Positions 1 to 12,595 of a DNA stretch of 64,000 bases are shown here, in pieces (within the stretch, counting starts at the first letter, position 1; each line of letters starts with the position of its first letter). This DNA is from an uncultured bacterium (GTDB lineage Bacteria; Krumholzibacteriota; Krumholzibacteriia; LZORAL124-64-63). The notes beneath the pieces were generated by a model. That model was not told the origin of the DNA. It did not search any database and was given only the letters and a program-made list of their open reading frames with translations. The stretch is taken from the NCBI GenBank assembly GCA_903859215.1, contig CAIOLW010000059.1, forward strand, positions 937 to 64,936, in the 5' to 3' direction. Position numbers and translations under genes: made by a program.

Positions 1-61
1 CATGGACGTCGTCGATCGCCTGCAACTGGGTGACACGTTCCGATTCTCGCTGGTGCCGTAG
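1..61 (+). CDS. 3' end of a CDS entering from upstream; tail resembles a cyclophilin-type peptidyl-prolyl isomerase (partial)
   Basis: Frame 2 is open from the window edge to TAG at 59-61. Visible tail is MDVVDRLQLGDTFRFSLVP. Only 19 aa are visible, so the family call is weak. Confidence 0.3.
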   Translation, partial: MDVVDRLQLGDTFRFSLVP

Positions 62-88
62 GCGCCGCGGCCAGGCGCGCTGAAACGA

Positions 89-128
89 GGGACCCCGGCA
101 GCCTCGCGGCGGCCGGGGTCCTTTGCTT
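89..128. terminator. GC-rich hairpin between convergent genes (candidate bidirectional intrinsic terminator)
   Basis: GGACCCCGGC (90-99) pairs with GCCGGGGTCC (112-121). An inner GCC/GGC pair is present. Followed by CTTTGCTTGG. Confidence 0.5.
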
Positions 129-146
129 GGGCAGTGACGCCGACGA

Positions 147-1400
147 TCAGGAGCGCAGCGCGCGCCCGATGGTGGCCCAGGTCGGCGACTGCCCGTACAT
201 GAGGATGCCGACCCGGAACAGCTTGCCCGCGGCCCGGGCCGACAGCCAGATCGACACGATCATCAGCCCCCACGACAGCAGGATCTGCCAGAGCGGCGGC
301 GTCTCGACGCAGACGCGCATGAACATCAGCACCGGCGAGAACAGCGGCACCAGGCTGAGCACGGTCGCCATGGTCGAGTTCGGCTCCCGCAGCACGGCGG
401 AGAGCATCATCATCGGGATGACCAGGCCCATCGTCAGCGGCATGTGGAACTGCTGGCTGTCCTGGATGGTGTTGCACATGGAACCCACGCCGGCATAGAG
501 CGTCGCGTAGAGGAAGAAGCCCAGCAGGAAGAACATCACGAACGACACGAGGATGGTGGGTGTCAGGAAGCTCACGTCCAGGGTCGTGCCGCCGATGGTC
601 AGGCCGTGTTGCGAGATCAGGAAGAACGCCAGCGCCCAGATGCCGAACTGCGTCAGGCCGGCCAGGCCGATGCCGAGCACCTTGCCCAGCATCAGGTTGC
701 CGGGCGAGACGCTCGACAGCAGGATCTCGACCATGCGACTGCTCTTCTCCTCGATCACGGCCGTCAGCGTGTGGTTCCCGTACATCAGGACCATCATGTA
801 GATGATCATGATCAGCACGAAGGCCATCGCGAACGGGATGGCATCGTCCTGCTTGGACTCGCCGTCGGCGGTGACCGCGACGCTGCTCCACTCCGTGCGC
901 GCCGAGAGGTACTTGAACAGGGAGTCGGGCACGGCCGCGCCCGCGAACCGCCGCTCGCGCATCACGCGGTCGAGCGCCGGCTTGAGCATGTCGTCGCGCA
1001 CGACCAGCGAACTGACCGACTTGTTGTAGAACGCAACCTTGCCGGTGCGCGTGAAGTCGGGCGGCACGACCAGGCAGCTGTGCACGTTGCCGGCCAGGAT
1101 CTCGCGCTTGACGCCCGCCACGGCCGCGTCGAGGCCGCCGGGCCCCACCTCCACCGGCCGCAGGGTCAGGTTCTTGTGGCCATCCTCCACGAGGATCGCC
1201 GCCAGCGGGCCGCGCACGTCGCCGGCCTGGTCGATGACGGCGATCGTGCGCTGGTCCTTGGCGCCATGGCCGGCCGTCAGCATGGGGATGACGATGAACA
1301 TCGACATCAGCGCCGGGCCGAGGATCGTGCCGATCAGGAAGCTCTTGGAACGCACCCGCTCGAGGTACTCGCGGGAAATGACGGTCAACACCTTGCTCAT
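147..1400 (-). CDS. ABC-2 type exporter permease (NatB-like)
   Basis: C-terminal 417 aa of track ORF 147..2285, starting at ATG 1400 (MSKVLTVISREYLERVRSKSF). N-terminal TM, large extracytoplasmic loop, then 5 C-terminal TMs. ATGA overlap with the upstream ATPase. The upstream part of the ORF is Arg/Pro-rich junk. Confidence 0.85.
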   Translation of the reverse strand: MSKVLTVISREYLERVRSKSFLIGTILGPALMSMFIVIPMLTAGHGAKDQRTIAVIDQAGDVRGPLAAILVEDGHKNLTLRPVEVGPGGLDAAVAGVKREILAGNVHSCLVVPPDFTRTGKVAFYNKSVSSLVVRDDMLKPALDRVMRERRFAGAAVPDSLFKYLSARTEWSSVAVTADGESKQDDAIPFAMAFVLIMIIYMMVLMYGNHTLTAVIEEKSSRMVEILLSSVSPGNLMLGKVLGIGLAGLTQFGIWALAFFLISQHGLTIGGTTLDVSFLTPTILVSFVMFFLLGFFLYATLYAGVGSMCNTIQDSQQFHMPLTMGLVIPMMMLSAVLREPNSTMATVLSLVPLFSPVLMFMRVCVETPPLWQILLSWGLMIVSIWLSARAAGKLFRVGILMYGQSPTWATIGRALRS

Positions 1401-2347
1401 GCCGCCACCTCCTGCCGCCTGCGCAGGACGGCCGTCAGGAAGATCTCGTTGAGGCTCGGCCGGTTGGCCGAGAACAGCGTCAGCTTGCCGACCGCCTGCA
1501 GGCGCGGCAGCAGCGACAGGGGCTCGACGCCCTCGGCGAGCGTCAGGCGCCACGAGCCTTCGTTCAGCTCGCGGTGCAGTACGCCGGGAAGGTCGTCGGG
1601 CGGCGACAGCTCGCCCTCCCAGGCGACGCGCACCGAGTGCAGCGGGAACTCGGCCCGGATCCGCGGCAGCGGACCGTCGAGGATCACTTCGCCGCCCTCG
1701 ATCAGGCAGATGGCGTCGCAGATGCGCTCGGCCTCGGCGAGCATGTGCGTGGAGAACAGGATCGTCGTGCCGCGGTCGCGCTGCTCGACGATCATCCCGC
1801 GCAGCAGCTCGATGTTCAGCGGGTCCAGCCCGCTGAAGACCTCGTCGAGGATGACCAGGTCGGGCTCGCAGATGAACGTCGCGGCGAACTGGATCTTCTG
1901 CTGCATGCCCTTGCTCAGGGCGTCGACCTTGCGGTCGGCGTATTCGCTGAGGCCCATCCGCGCGATCCACTCGCGCGCGCGCGTCCGCGCCACGGCGCGC
2001 GGCACGCCCTTCAGGCGCGCGAGGTACACGAGCTGGTCCAGGCACTTCATCTTGCGGTAGAGCCCGCGCTCTTCCGGCAGGTAGCCGATGCGGTCGCGCA
2101 GCGCCATGTCGAGCGGCTTGCCGGCCAGCAGGACCTCGCCGGAGTCCGGCAGGATGATGTTCATGATGGTGCGGATGGTCGTTGTCTTGCCCGCGCCGTT
2201 GGGCCCGAGGAACCCGTAGATGCTGCCGCGCGGGATCTCCAGGCTGACGTCGTTCACGGCGCGCTTCTCGCCGTAGGACTTGCACACGTGGCGCAGTGAG
2301 AGCAGCGGCGCGCCGACAGGCGGCAGCGCGAGGGATGGTGCTGACAT
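1397..2347 (-). CDS. ABC transporter ATP-binding protein (NatA-like)
   Basis: Walker A GPNGAGKTT, signature LSKGMQQK, Walker B LVILDE. Start trimmed to ATG 2347 (MSAPSLALPP..LLSLRHVCKSYG). Confidence 0.9.
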   Translation of the reverse strand: MSAPSLALPPVGAPLLSLRHVCKSYGEKRAVNDVSLEIPRGSIYGFLGPNGAGKTTTIRTIMNIILPDSGEVLLAGKPLDMALRDRIGYLPEERGLYRKMKCLDQLVYLARLKGVPRAVARTRAREWIARMGLSEYADRKVDALSKGMQQKIQFAATFICEPDLVILDEVFSGLDPLNIELLRGMIVEQRDRGTTILFSTHMLAEAERICDAICLIEGGEVILDGPLPRIRAEFPLHSVRVAWEGELSPPDDLPGVLHRELNEGSWRLTLAEGVEPLSLLPRLQAVGKLTLFSANRPSLNEIFLTAVLRRRQEVAA

Positions 2348-2574
2348 GGGCCCTCCGTCAGGTGCTCGGCGGCAAGGGATCGTCGGGGGGACGAGGGACG
2401 GAGTATCGCGGGGCAACCGGTCGTTGGCAACCGGGAGAGTCCGCGGCGCCCGGCGCCACCTGACCGAAACCCGGAACATCCGGATTTCGTCACGTTACGT
2501 CGCCGGGCACGTGACTGTTTCGCCACAAACGGGCCATTCGCCTCCGAAATCCGCTGCTGCGGGCACGTCCCACC

Positions 2575-2603
2575 TTGATGCCGATCTATGGCCGTGATAC
2601 CAT
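2575..2603 (+). promoter_or_regulatory. Candidate sigma70-type promoter for the two-component operon
   Basis: TTGATG (2575-2580), 17-nt spacer, TACCAT (2598-2603). About 85 nt upstream of ATG 2691. Confidence 0.3.
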
Positions 2604-2690
2604 TAATCTTATGGGATCGGGTCTTGCCCTGGGGGAGCTGCGGCCACGCAGCCGGGTGCCCGGTCCTCCCCACGGAAGGAAGTCGCCGAC

Positions 2691-3419
2691 ATGCCCGCAC
2701 CCACAGGCGCGTCCCGCCGCATCCTCCTGATCGAGGATGACGGCGAACTGATCGACCTGCTGTCCATGCACCTGACCGCGGAGGGCTTCCAGGTGGATGC
2801 CGCCGCCGACGGCGAAGCCGGCCTGCGCGCGTTCCAAGCCGGCCAGTACGGCCTGGTCCTGCTCGACTGGATGCTGCCGAGCACCACCGGCATCGACGTG
2901 CTGCGCGAGATCCGCACCACCGACACACGCACGCCCGTGCTCATGCTGACCGCGCGCGGCGAGGAAGCCGACAAGGTGCTCGGCCTCGAACTCGGTTGTG
3001 ACGACTACCTGACCAAGCCGTTCTCGATCCGCGAACTCGTGGCCCGCATCAGGGTCGTGCACCGGCGCATCGAGCGCGCCGAGGAACTGGCCCGCATTTC
3101 GTCCGGCGACCGCATCCTGGACCTCGGGCCGCTCAAGATCGACCACGGCAAGCGCAAGGTGCAGGTGGGCGGCGAGCAGATCCAGCTGACGGTCAAGGAG
3201 TACGACCTCCTCTACACGCTGGCCAGCCAGCCCGGACGCACGTTCAGCCGCCGCCAGCTGCTCGACCTGATCTGGGAGCAGGACGCCGAGGTCTACGAAC
3301 ACACCGTGAACTCGCACGTCAACCGCCTGCGGAACAAGGTCGAGACCGACCCCAACCACCCGCAGCTCATCCTGACCGTCTGGGGCGTCGGCTACCGGTT
3401 CACCGAGGAGTTCAATTGA
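2691..3419 (+). CDS. OmpR/PhoB-family response regulator
   Basis: Receiver motifs (ILLIEDD, LVLLDWMLP, DDYLTKPF) plus a winged-helix C-terminus (LTVKEYDLLYTLA..VWGVGYRF). SD GGAAGGAAG upstream. Confidence 0.9.
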   Translation: MPAPTGASRRILLIEDDGELIDLLSMHLTAEGFQVDAAADGEAGLRAFQAGQYGLVLLDWMLPSTTGIDVLREIRTTDTRTPVLMLTARGEEADKVLGLELGCDDYLTKPFSIRELVARIRVVHRRIERAEELARISSGDRILDLGPLKIDHGKRKVQVGGEQIQLTVKEYDLLYTLASQPGRTFSRRQLLDLIWEQDAEVYEHTVNSHVNRLRNKVETDPNHPQLILTVWGVGYRFTEEFN

Positions 3420-4978
3420 CCTCGGCTTACGCACCGCGTTTCACGAAGACGCTGCTGTTCCGGCTGTCGGCCGTGTTCCTGGTCGTCGTGGCGCTCTGCC
3501 TGGGCGGTTACGTGCTGTGGATCCAGGCGACCGTCTTCTCCCCCTATTCCAACAACGACGAGAAGAAGTGGTTCGAGGACAAGGCCGACCGCGAATTGGA
3601 CGGCCTGGCGCTCAAGCTGGACCCCGACGGGGCGCCGGAGACGAACCAGGCAACGCTCGCCGCGTTCCGCAAGCGAGTCGCCCACTTCGGCGTGGAGTTG
3701 ATGATCTTCGGGCCGGACGGGAAGGCCGTCGCCAGTGCGCCGGGCGACAGCCTGCTGGCCGCGGTGCCGACGCTCGACACTACACTGCTGGCAGCGATGA
3801 CGGGCAAGCAGTGGGACTTCGACAGCTACCCCGACAAGTCCAACGTCGAAGCCTACCAGAACCGCATCTTCGACGTGGACCCGATCGGCGACCACGCGTC
3901 GCCGCGCGGCTACCTGGTCGCGTCGTATGAGCCGGTCCGGGTGCGCGCCGACGTGCTCGAGGTCCACAACTCGCTGATCGACACGCAGCGCCTGCTGGAA
4001 AAGGTCCTGACCGTGATGTTGATCCTGGCGGCCATCACGCTGTTCCTGTTGATCGGCTGGACCAGCAACCGCGTCTCGCGGCTCTCGGTGGCGATGGAGG
4101 CGTTCACGGGCGGCGACCTCGAACGACGCGTGCGCGAGAGGGGCTCGGACGAGATCGCCGACCTCGGCCGCCACTTCAACCACATGGCGAGCCACGTCGC
4201 CTCGCTGGTCGATTCACTGCGCCAGAAGGAGCAGTTCCAGCGCCAGTTGATCGCCAACCTCAGCCACGACCTGCGCACGCCGATGGCCAGCCTGCGTGGA
4301 CACGTCGAAACGCTCAGCCTGCGTTTCGACCAGCTCGAGCCCGCCCAGCGCGCGCGGGCCCTCGACACGATCACCGGCAACCTCGAGCATCTCGACCGCC
4401 TGGTCGAGCGCATGCTCGTGCTGTCGCGCCTGGACGCAGGGCAGGCGGCGATTCGTCCGGAGGAATTCTCGATCGTGGAGCTGGCCGATTCGGTGGTCCG
4501 GCGCTGTGAACACCTGGCGCTGCCGGGCGGCATCTCGCTGGCGACGCGGGCCGAGCCGGGGCTGCCGCTGGTCATGGCGGACCCGCTGCAACTGGCCCTC
4601 GTGCTGCAGAACCTGGTCGAGAACGGCATCAAGTTCAACCGGCCGCGCGGCAGCGTCACGCTGTCGCTGGCCGCCACGCCCGACCGCCGGCGCGTGGTGG
4701 TCACGGTATCCGACACCGGACAGGGCATCGCCGAAGCCGACCTGCCCCACATCTTCGACCGCTTCTTCACCGGGGATGCGAGCCGCACGCGGCACGAGGA
4801 CGCGCCGGCGCACCTGAAGTACAGCTCCGGCCTGGGGCTGGCGATCGCCGCCAAGGTGGTGGCTGCCCACGGCGACGAGTTGAAGGTGGAGAGCCGCCAG
4901 GGCGAGGGCGCCACGTTCCGGTTCCACCTGCAGGCCACCGCCACCGAGACGCGCAAGGCGCTCGCCGCCGAGGGCTGA
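3416..4978 (+). CDS. Sensor histidine kinase (2 TM, periplasmic domain, HAMP, HisKA, HATPase_c)
   Basis: H-box LSHDLRTPM, N-box LVENGIKFN, G-boxes DTGQGI and GLGLAI. TTG start 3416 preceded by GAGGAG with 5 nt spacing. TTGA overlap with the regulator stop. Confidence 0.9.
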   Translation: MTSAYAPRFTKTLLFRLSAVFLVVVALCLGGYVLWIQATVFSPYSNNDEKKWFEDKADRELDGLALKLDPDGAPETNQATLAAFRKRVAHFGVELMIFGPDGKAVASAPGDSLLAAVPTLDTTLLAAMTGKQWDFDSYPDKSNVEAYQNRIFDVDPIGDHASPRGYLVASYEPVRVRADVLEVHNSLIDTQRLLEKVLTVMLILAAITLFLLIGWTSNRVSRLSVAMEAFTGGDLERRVRERGSDEIADLGRHFNHMASHVASLVDSLRQKEQFQRQLIANLSHDLRTPMASLRGHVETLSLRFDQLEPAQRARALDTITGNLEHLDRLVERMLVLSRLDAGQAAIRPEEFSIVELADSVVRRCEHLALPGGISLATRAEPGLPLVMADPLQLALVLQNLVENGIKFNRPRGSVTLSLAATPDRRRVVVTVSDTGQGIAEADLPHIFDRFFTGDASRTRHEDAPAHLKYSSGLGLAIAAKVVAAHGDELKVESRQGEGATFRFHLQATATETRKALAAEG

Positions 4979-4995
4979 ACACGCAGCGCCGACGC

Positions 4996-5889
4996 TCAGG
5001 CCTGCCGACCGCCGCCCGCGCGCTCGACTTCCTTCCAGCGACGATGCACCCAGAACCACTGCTCGGGCGCCAGCCGGATGAAGACCTCGACGGCCGCCGA
5101 GATCTCCGCCGTGTAGGCGCGGATACCGTCCTCGTCCGCCGGCCGGCCGACGGGCGAGAGCGCCGGCCCGACGTGCAGCACGTGGCGGCCGTCGGCCCCG
5201 CGCACGATCCCCATCGGGACGACCGGGCAGCCGGTCTGCAGCGAGAAACGCGCAGCGCCGGGCCACGCCGAGGCTTCGCGGCCGAGGAACGGCACGCGCA
5301 CACCGCCGGCGCCGGCATCCTGGTCCAGCAGCAGCGAGACCAGTCCACCGGCGCGCAGGTGGGCCAGCACCGCGGGCGCCGCGCCGTCGACCCCGACGGT
5401 GCCGATGCCGTGACGGCGGCGCTCCTGCTCCAGCCAGTCCCCGAACCTCCGGTTGCGCATCGGCTTGACGACGTCCAGCAGGCGGTACCGCGCGGCCAGC
5501 ACGCGCCCCCCCAGTTCGAAGTTGCCCAGGTGCGCGGACGCGATGATCGCGCCCCGGCCGCCGGCCAGCGCAGATTCGACCGGGGCCCACCCGGGTTCGA
5601 CGCCGACGGCTGCCGGCCTCGCCCGCGGGTCGTCGGCCAGGATCTCCGCCAGCGAAGTAGCCAGGTGCCGGTACACGCCGCGGGCCAGGCGCGCGCGCTC
5701 ATGCGGCGGTAATTCAGGGTAGCAGGCGGCCAGCTGACGATCGACGACGCCGCGCCGGATGCGCGCGACATCGCCCGCCAGCCAGCCGAGGCCGCGCCAC
5801 ATGCCGCGCGCGGACGCGACCGGCAGGGCGCGGCTCAGGCGCCCAAGGGCGCCGAAAGCGCCAAAGGCGATGTCGTCGAGGAAGGTCAT
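4996..5889 (-). CDS. Lipid A biosynthesis (LpxL/HtrB-family) lysophospholipid acyltransferase
   Basis: C-terminal 297 aa of track ORF 4996..6786, from ATG 5889 (MTFLDDIAFG). Acyltransferase motif SAHLGNFELGG. Family-typical length. Confidence 0.8.
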   Translation of the reverse strand: MTFLDDIAFGAFGALGRLSRALPVASARGMWRGLGWLAGDVARIRRGVVDRQLAACYPELPPHERARLARGVYRHLATSLAEILADDPRARPAAVGVEPGWAPVESALAGGRGAIIASAHLGNFELGGRVLAARYRLLDVVKPMRNRRFGDWLEQERRRHGIGTVGVDGAAPAVLAHLRAGGLVSLLLDQDAGAGGVRVPFLGREASAWPGAARFSLQTGCPVVPMGIVRGADGRHVLHVGPALSPVGRPADEDGIRAYTAEISAAVEVFIRLAPEQWFWVHRRWKEVERAGGGRQA

Positions 5890-6022
5890 GCCCTGACGAT
5901 AGGGCCAACCGGGGCGTATTTCCAGTCGCGGGGCGGGGCGCCGGGATTGGCTCGCGACACGACCCGCGCTAACATGGCGACGGCGTCCCGCATCGCGCAC
6001 CCGTTCCCCGGAGGCATTTCCG

Positions 6023-6607
6023 ATGACTGCAACCGCCCGCCCCTGCGCCCTGGTGCCGATCGCCGACGGCACAGAAGAGATCGAGGCCGTCTGCGTCATC
6101 GACGTGCTCCGGCGCGCCGGCGTCGAGGTGGTCGTGGCCTGCGTCGGCCCCGGCGGGGTCCCGGCGACATCGCCGGCCGTCGTCGCCTCGCGCGGCGTGC
6201 GGCTCACGGCCGACGTCCTGCTCGAGGACGTGGCCGCGCGCGACTTCGACGCCATCGTCCTGCCGGGCGGACTGCCGGGCGCCCGCCACCTGCGGGGCAG
6301 CGCCACGCTGGCCGCGATGCTCACCGCCCAGGACCGGTCCGGCCGCCTGCTGGCTGCCATCTGCGCGGCGCCGGTGGTGGTCCTGCAGGCGCACGGCCTG
6401 CTGCGCGGGCGCGGCGCGACCTGCTTCCCGGGCCTGGCCGCGGAGATGGACCCGGTCTCGCGCCGCGACGACACCGTCGTGCAGGACGGCAACCTGCTCA
6501 CCAGCCAGGGCCCGGGCACGGCGCTGGTGTTCGCGCTGGCGATCGTCGGGCACCTGTGCGGAAAGCAACGGCGCGACGAGGTCGCGGCCCAGCTGCTGCT
6601 CGACTGA
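6023..6607 (+). CDS. DJ-1/PfpI (ThiJ/YajL-like) family protein
   Basis: EEIEAV..DVLRRAG, DAIVLPGG, nucleophile elbow AAICAAP. 194 aa. SD GGAGG. Confidence 0.85.
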   Translation: MTATARPCALVPIADGTEEIEAVCVIDVLRRAGVEVVVACVGPGGVPATSPAVVASRGVRLTADVLLEDVAARDFDAIVLPGGLPGARHLRGSATLAAMLTAQDRSGRLLAAICAAPVVVLQAHGLLRGRGATCFPGLAAEMDPVSRRDDTVVQDGNLLTSQGPGTALVFALAIVGHLCGKQRRDEVAAQLLLD

Positions 6608-6626
6608 GTGACCGTTCCGGCAACAC

Positions 6627-6662
6627 GAAGGCCGCGCTGCCCAGGGGGGCGGCGCGGCCTTC
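6627..6662. terminator. Hairpin between convergent DJ-1 and alaS genes
   Basis: GAAGGCCGCGC (6627-6637) pairs with GCGCGGCCTTC (6652-6662). 14-nt loop. No clear U-tract. Confidence 0.35.
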
Positions 6663-6682
6663 GCTTCACGACCGGGGCGTGG

Positions 6683-9445
<2,763 letters not shown>

Positions 9446-9606
9446 CCGGCCGCCCTCCGGCCGAAGAACAATGTTGACAGCGGGTTGCCCTCAGCTGGCT
9501 TCCCACCGGACAGGACAGTGTAAGCCGCGCGCGGAACCGGGTCAACCGGCTGCGGGCGCGCGCCGTAGCGGGGACCGCCCTCCCGCGCGGAAGGCGAGGC
9601 CGGCCC

Positions 9607-9972
9607 ATGCGCCATGCGCTCCACCTGGTGGCGTCGATCCTGATGTGGATCCTCTTCGGCTGGTATTGGTACCTGGTCATGCAGCGCGAGGTCAGCCCGT
9701 CCTCGCTCCGTGCCGTCGGCCTGCTGCTGCTGCTCTCGCTGCTCGGCCTGCTGGGCACCATGGCCTGGGTCGCGCACAACAAGCGCCTGGCGGCGCGCAA
9801 CCGCCGCCGCGGCTCGCCGATCCCGGTCTCCGAGGTCCTGACCGCCGATCACATCGGTCGCCCCCTGGCCGGCATCGACGCCGCCGCACTGAAGGGCGCG
9901 AAGGTCGTCGTCGTCAGCATCGACGCGCAGGGCCGCAAGGTGCTGGCCGAGGCGGAGGGGGTGCGCGACTGA
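9607..9972 (+). CDS. Small 2-TM membrane protein, PgaD-like
   Basis: 121 aa. Two hydrophobic helices (LVASILMWILFGWYWYLVM and LLLLLSLLGLLGTMAWVA) followed by the basic stretch KRLAARNRRRG. TGATG-type overlap into the PgaC-like gene. Confidence 0.5.
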   Translation: MRHALHLVASILMWILFGWYWYLVMQREVSPSSLRAVGLLLLLSLLGLLGTMAWVAHNKRLAARNRRRGSPIPVSEVLTADHIGRPLAGIDAAALKGAKVVVVSIDAQGRKVLAEAEGVRD

Positions 9973-11240
9973 TGTCCCTCTACGACCTGATCGTCATCTT
10001 CGAGGACACGACGTTCTACTGGGTGCTCCTGGTGTACTTCGCGTGGTACCCGCTGACGACGAGCGCGATGTGGATCTTCACGTCTCTGGTTTTCTACCGT
10101 CGCCGCGAGGCGGGCGATTCGCAGCAGACCGACGGCTTCTACGACTGGGATTCGACGCCGCCGGTCTCGTTCGTGATCCCGGCGTTCAACGAGGAGCGCA
10201 ACATCGCCCGCACGCTGGCGGGCGTGCTCGCGGTCGACTACCCCGACTTCGAGGTCGTCGTTGTGGACGACTGCTCGACCGACGGCACACTGGCGGCCGT
10301 CGAGCCCTTCCTGGCCGACCCGCGCGTGCGACTGGTCCGCAAGACGATCAACGAGGGCAAGGCCATGGCCCTGAACGACGCCATTCCCGTGACGCGCGGC
10401 GAGCTGCTGCTGGTGCAGGACGCCGACGCCGTGCCGGCGCCGAACATCCTGCGCGTGCTGGTGCCCCACTTCCGGTTCCCGCGCTGCGCCGCCGTCACCG
10501 GCAACCCGCGTGTCGTCAACCGCGACAGCTTCCTGGCCAAGCTGCAGTCGATCGAGTTCGCCTCCATCATCTCGATGCTGCGGCGCGCCCAGCGCGTGTG
10601 GGGCCGCATCATGACGATGAGCGGCGTGGTCGGCATCTTCCGCCGCTCGGCGCTCTACGACGTCGGCCTCTACAGCCCCGAGATGGCCACCGAGGACATC
10701 GACCTGACCTGGCGCCTGCAGCTTCGCCACTGGGACGTGCGTTACGAGTCGCGCGCGGTGATGTGGATGCGCGTGCCGCAGTCGTTCTCCGGGCTGGTCC
10801 GCCAGCGCCGGCGCTGGGCGCTGGGGCTCAGCCAGGTGATGTGCCGCCACTGGCGCCAGCTGCTGCACTGGAAGCATCGTCGTTTCTGGCCGGTGCTCAT
10901 CGAGGCCAACCTGTCGGTCATCTGGGCCTATACCTACGTCGTGTTGACGCTCGTGTGGCTCGTCAGCTACATGGTGGGCTATCCTCCGGTGGGTGTCTCG
11001 CCGATCCCCAACTTCTGGGGCATGCTGGTGGCGACGATGTGCCTGTGCCAGCTGGCCACCGGTGTCATGCTGGACAACGCCTACGACAAGGACCTGAAGA
11101 AGTACTTCTTCGTGGCGGTCTTCTACCCGCTGGTTTACTGGATCCTGATGGCCGTCATCACGGTCGTGACCGCGCCGCAGGGACTGTCCGTCAACCGCCA
11201 GAAGCGGAAGATCACGCTCTGGAAACCCGTGCGGGAGTGA
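9972..11240 (+). CDS. pgaC: Poly-beta-1,6-N-acetylglucosamine synthase (GT2, PgaC/IcaA-like)
   Basis: Real start is ATG 9972 inside track ORF 9471..11240 (MSLYDLIVIFEDTTFYWVLL). GT2 motifs VIPAFNEE, VVVDDCSTDGT, QDADA. QxxRW-type motif QRRRWALG. C-terminal TMs. Confidence 0.9.
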   Translation: MSLYDLIVIFEDTTFYWVLLVYFAWYPLTTSAMWIFTSLVFYRRREAGDSQQTDGFYDWDSTPPVSFVIPAFNEERNIARTLAGVLAVDYPDFEVVVVDDCSTDGTLAAVEPFLADPRVRLVRKTINEGKAMALNDAIPVTRGELLLVQDADAVPAPNILRVLVPHFRFPRCAAVTGNPRVVNRDSFLAKLQSIEFASIISMLRRAQRVWGRIMTMSGVVGIFRRSALYDVGLYSPEMATEDIDLTWRLQLRHWDVRYESRAVMWMRVPQSFSGLVRQRRRWALGLSQVMCRHWRQLLHWKHRRFWPVLIEANLSVIWAYTYVVLTLVWLVSYMVGYPPVGVSPIPNFWGMLVATMCLCQLATGVMLDNAYDKDLKKYFFVAVFYPLVYWILMAVITVVTAPQGLSVNRQKRKITLWKPVRE

Positions 11241-11242
11241 CC

Positions 11243-12595
11243 ATGCGCGCCTGCCCCCACATCACCGTCGGTCGCGCGCCGCTGATCCTGGCGCTCCTGC
11301 TGGCGTTCCTGCCGCCCGCCGCCCCGGCTCGTGCCGGCGGCGATGACGCGGCGCCCGCCCCGCTGCGTGAACGGGCCTTCGCCGCGCTCTGGAGCGAGGA
11401 CACGCCTGCGGCCATCACGCTGTTCCGCGCCTACCTGGCCACCCCGGCGGGTGCGGCCGACCGCGAGGCGCAGCGCGGCCTGGCCCTGGCCTTCAGCTGG
11501 GACGGCCGGCAGGGCGAGGCGATGGCGCTGTACCGCTCGCTGCTGGCGACCGACCGCGGCGACGGCGACTCGCGGATCGGCCTGGGACGCGCGCAACTGT
11601 GGGACAACCGCCTGCGCGACGGCTGGCACACGCTGCGCGACGCGAGCGTGGACAGCACGTCCGCCACCGCCGACGGCGCCCGCGACGTGATGCTGACCGC
11701 GCTCGACGAGTACGCGCCGCCGCTGGCGCTGACGGCGACCGGCACCTGGGACTCCGACGACCTGCATGTCTCGCGCGTGGCCCTGGCGAGCGCCACCAAT
11801 TGCGGCGGCAGCCTGTTCCAGGTCATGCCCGCGCACACGTGGTACCGGCAGCCCGGGCAGCCCGAGGCAACCGCGCTGCGGCTCGGCGCCGGGCTCGTCG
11901 GCGGCCTGGGCGCGCGCACCACGCTGCACGCCTACGGCTGGCTCGACCGTTTCGCCAGCGCGGGCGACCTGCCGGCCACGGGCGCGCCGCTGGACTGGTT
12001 CCAGGTCGGGTGCGACACCTGGCTGACGTGGCTGCCCGCCGCGCGCTGGCGCGTGGACCTCGGCGCCGGCTCGCAGCCGGTCGAGACCTACGTGGCCCTC
12101 GGGAATCACCTCGTGCGCCGCCAGGGCAGCCTGTCGGTCGAACACCGGTTCGCCGGGCACTGGTCGGCCGGCGTGGCCGGCGTCAGCGGCGACTACACCG
12201 ACCACAACCGCAGCGACCGCGTGACCGTGCGCCTGGACTGGCGACGCGACGGCCGCTGGCGCTGGCAGGTGGGCCCGGTCGCCAACTACCTCGACTTCCG
12301 CGTGCCCTACCCGGGCGGCTACTGGGCGCCGGCGGACGTGCGCAGCGCCGGGCTCGAAGCCTCGGTCCGCACGCGCGGCCGCAGCGTCACACTGAAGCTG
12401 TCGGGGTCGCTCGCGCAGGAGAAGGAAGCCGGGGCGGCCGCCCTGACTGTCGGCGGCGCCAGCGCCCGCGTGGGTTGGCGCCTCTCGCGCGACTGGCTGC
12501 TCGCGATCGAGGGCGGCAAGTCGCAGAGTTCGTTCGGCAGCGCCAGCGGCTACCGGCGCACATCGCTGGGCGTGGACGTGCGGGCGTTCTTCTGA
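11243..12595 (+). CDS. Outer-membrane protein with short N-terminal TPR region and C-terminal beta-barrel (PgaA-like, truncated architecture)
   Basis: Signal peptide MRACPHITVGRAPLILALLLAFLPPAAPARA. TPR-like repeats (AITLFRAYL, EAMALYRSLL). Alternating beta-strand pattern ending in the terminal Phe (VDVRAFF). ATG 11243 lies 3 nt after the pgaC stop. Confidence 0.55.
   Translation: MRACPHITVGRAPLILALLLAFLPPAAPARAGGDDAAPAPLRERAFAALWSEDTPAAITLFRAYLATPAGAADREAQRGLALAFSWDGRQGEAMALYRSLLATDRGDGDSRIGLGRAQLWDNRLRDGWHTLRDASVDSTSATADGARDVMLTALDEYAPPLALTATGTWDSDDLHVSRVALASATNCGGSLFQVMPAHTWYRQPGQPEATALRLGAGLVGGLGARTTLHAYGWLDRFASAGDLPATGAPLDWFQVGCDTWLTWLPAARWRVDLGAGSQPVETYVALGNHLVRRQGSLSVEHRFAGHWSAGVAGVSGDYTDHNRSDRVTVRLDWRRDGRWRWQVGPVANYLDFRVPYPGGYWAPADVRSAGLEASVRTRGRSVTLKLSGSLAQEKEAGAAALTVGGASARVGWRLSRDWLLAIEGGKSQSSFGSASGYRRTSLGVDVRAFF

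Noticed and set aside
1401-2285. N-terminal 295 aa of track ORF 147..2285; similar 5' extensions occur in ORFs 4996..6786, 15283..16977, 20221..21933, 26996..28525, 47064..49529, 49851..51872 and others
   Set aside because: The extensions overlap the neighbouring real gene in another frame and are Arg/Pro-rich. Family-typical N-termini with SD sequences occur at internal starts.
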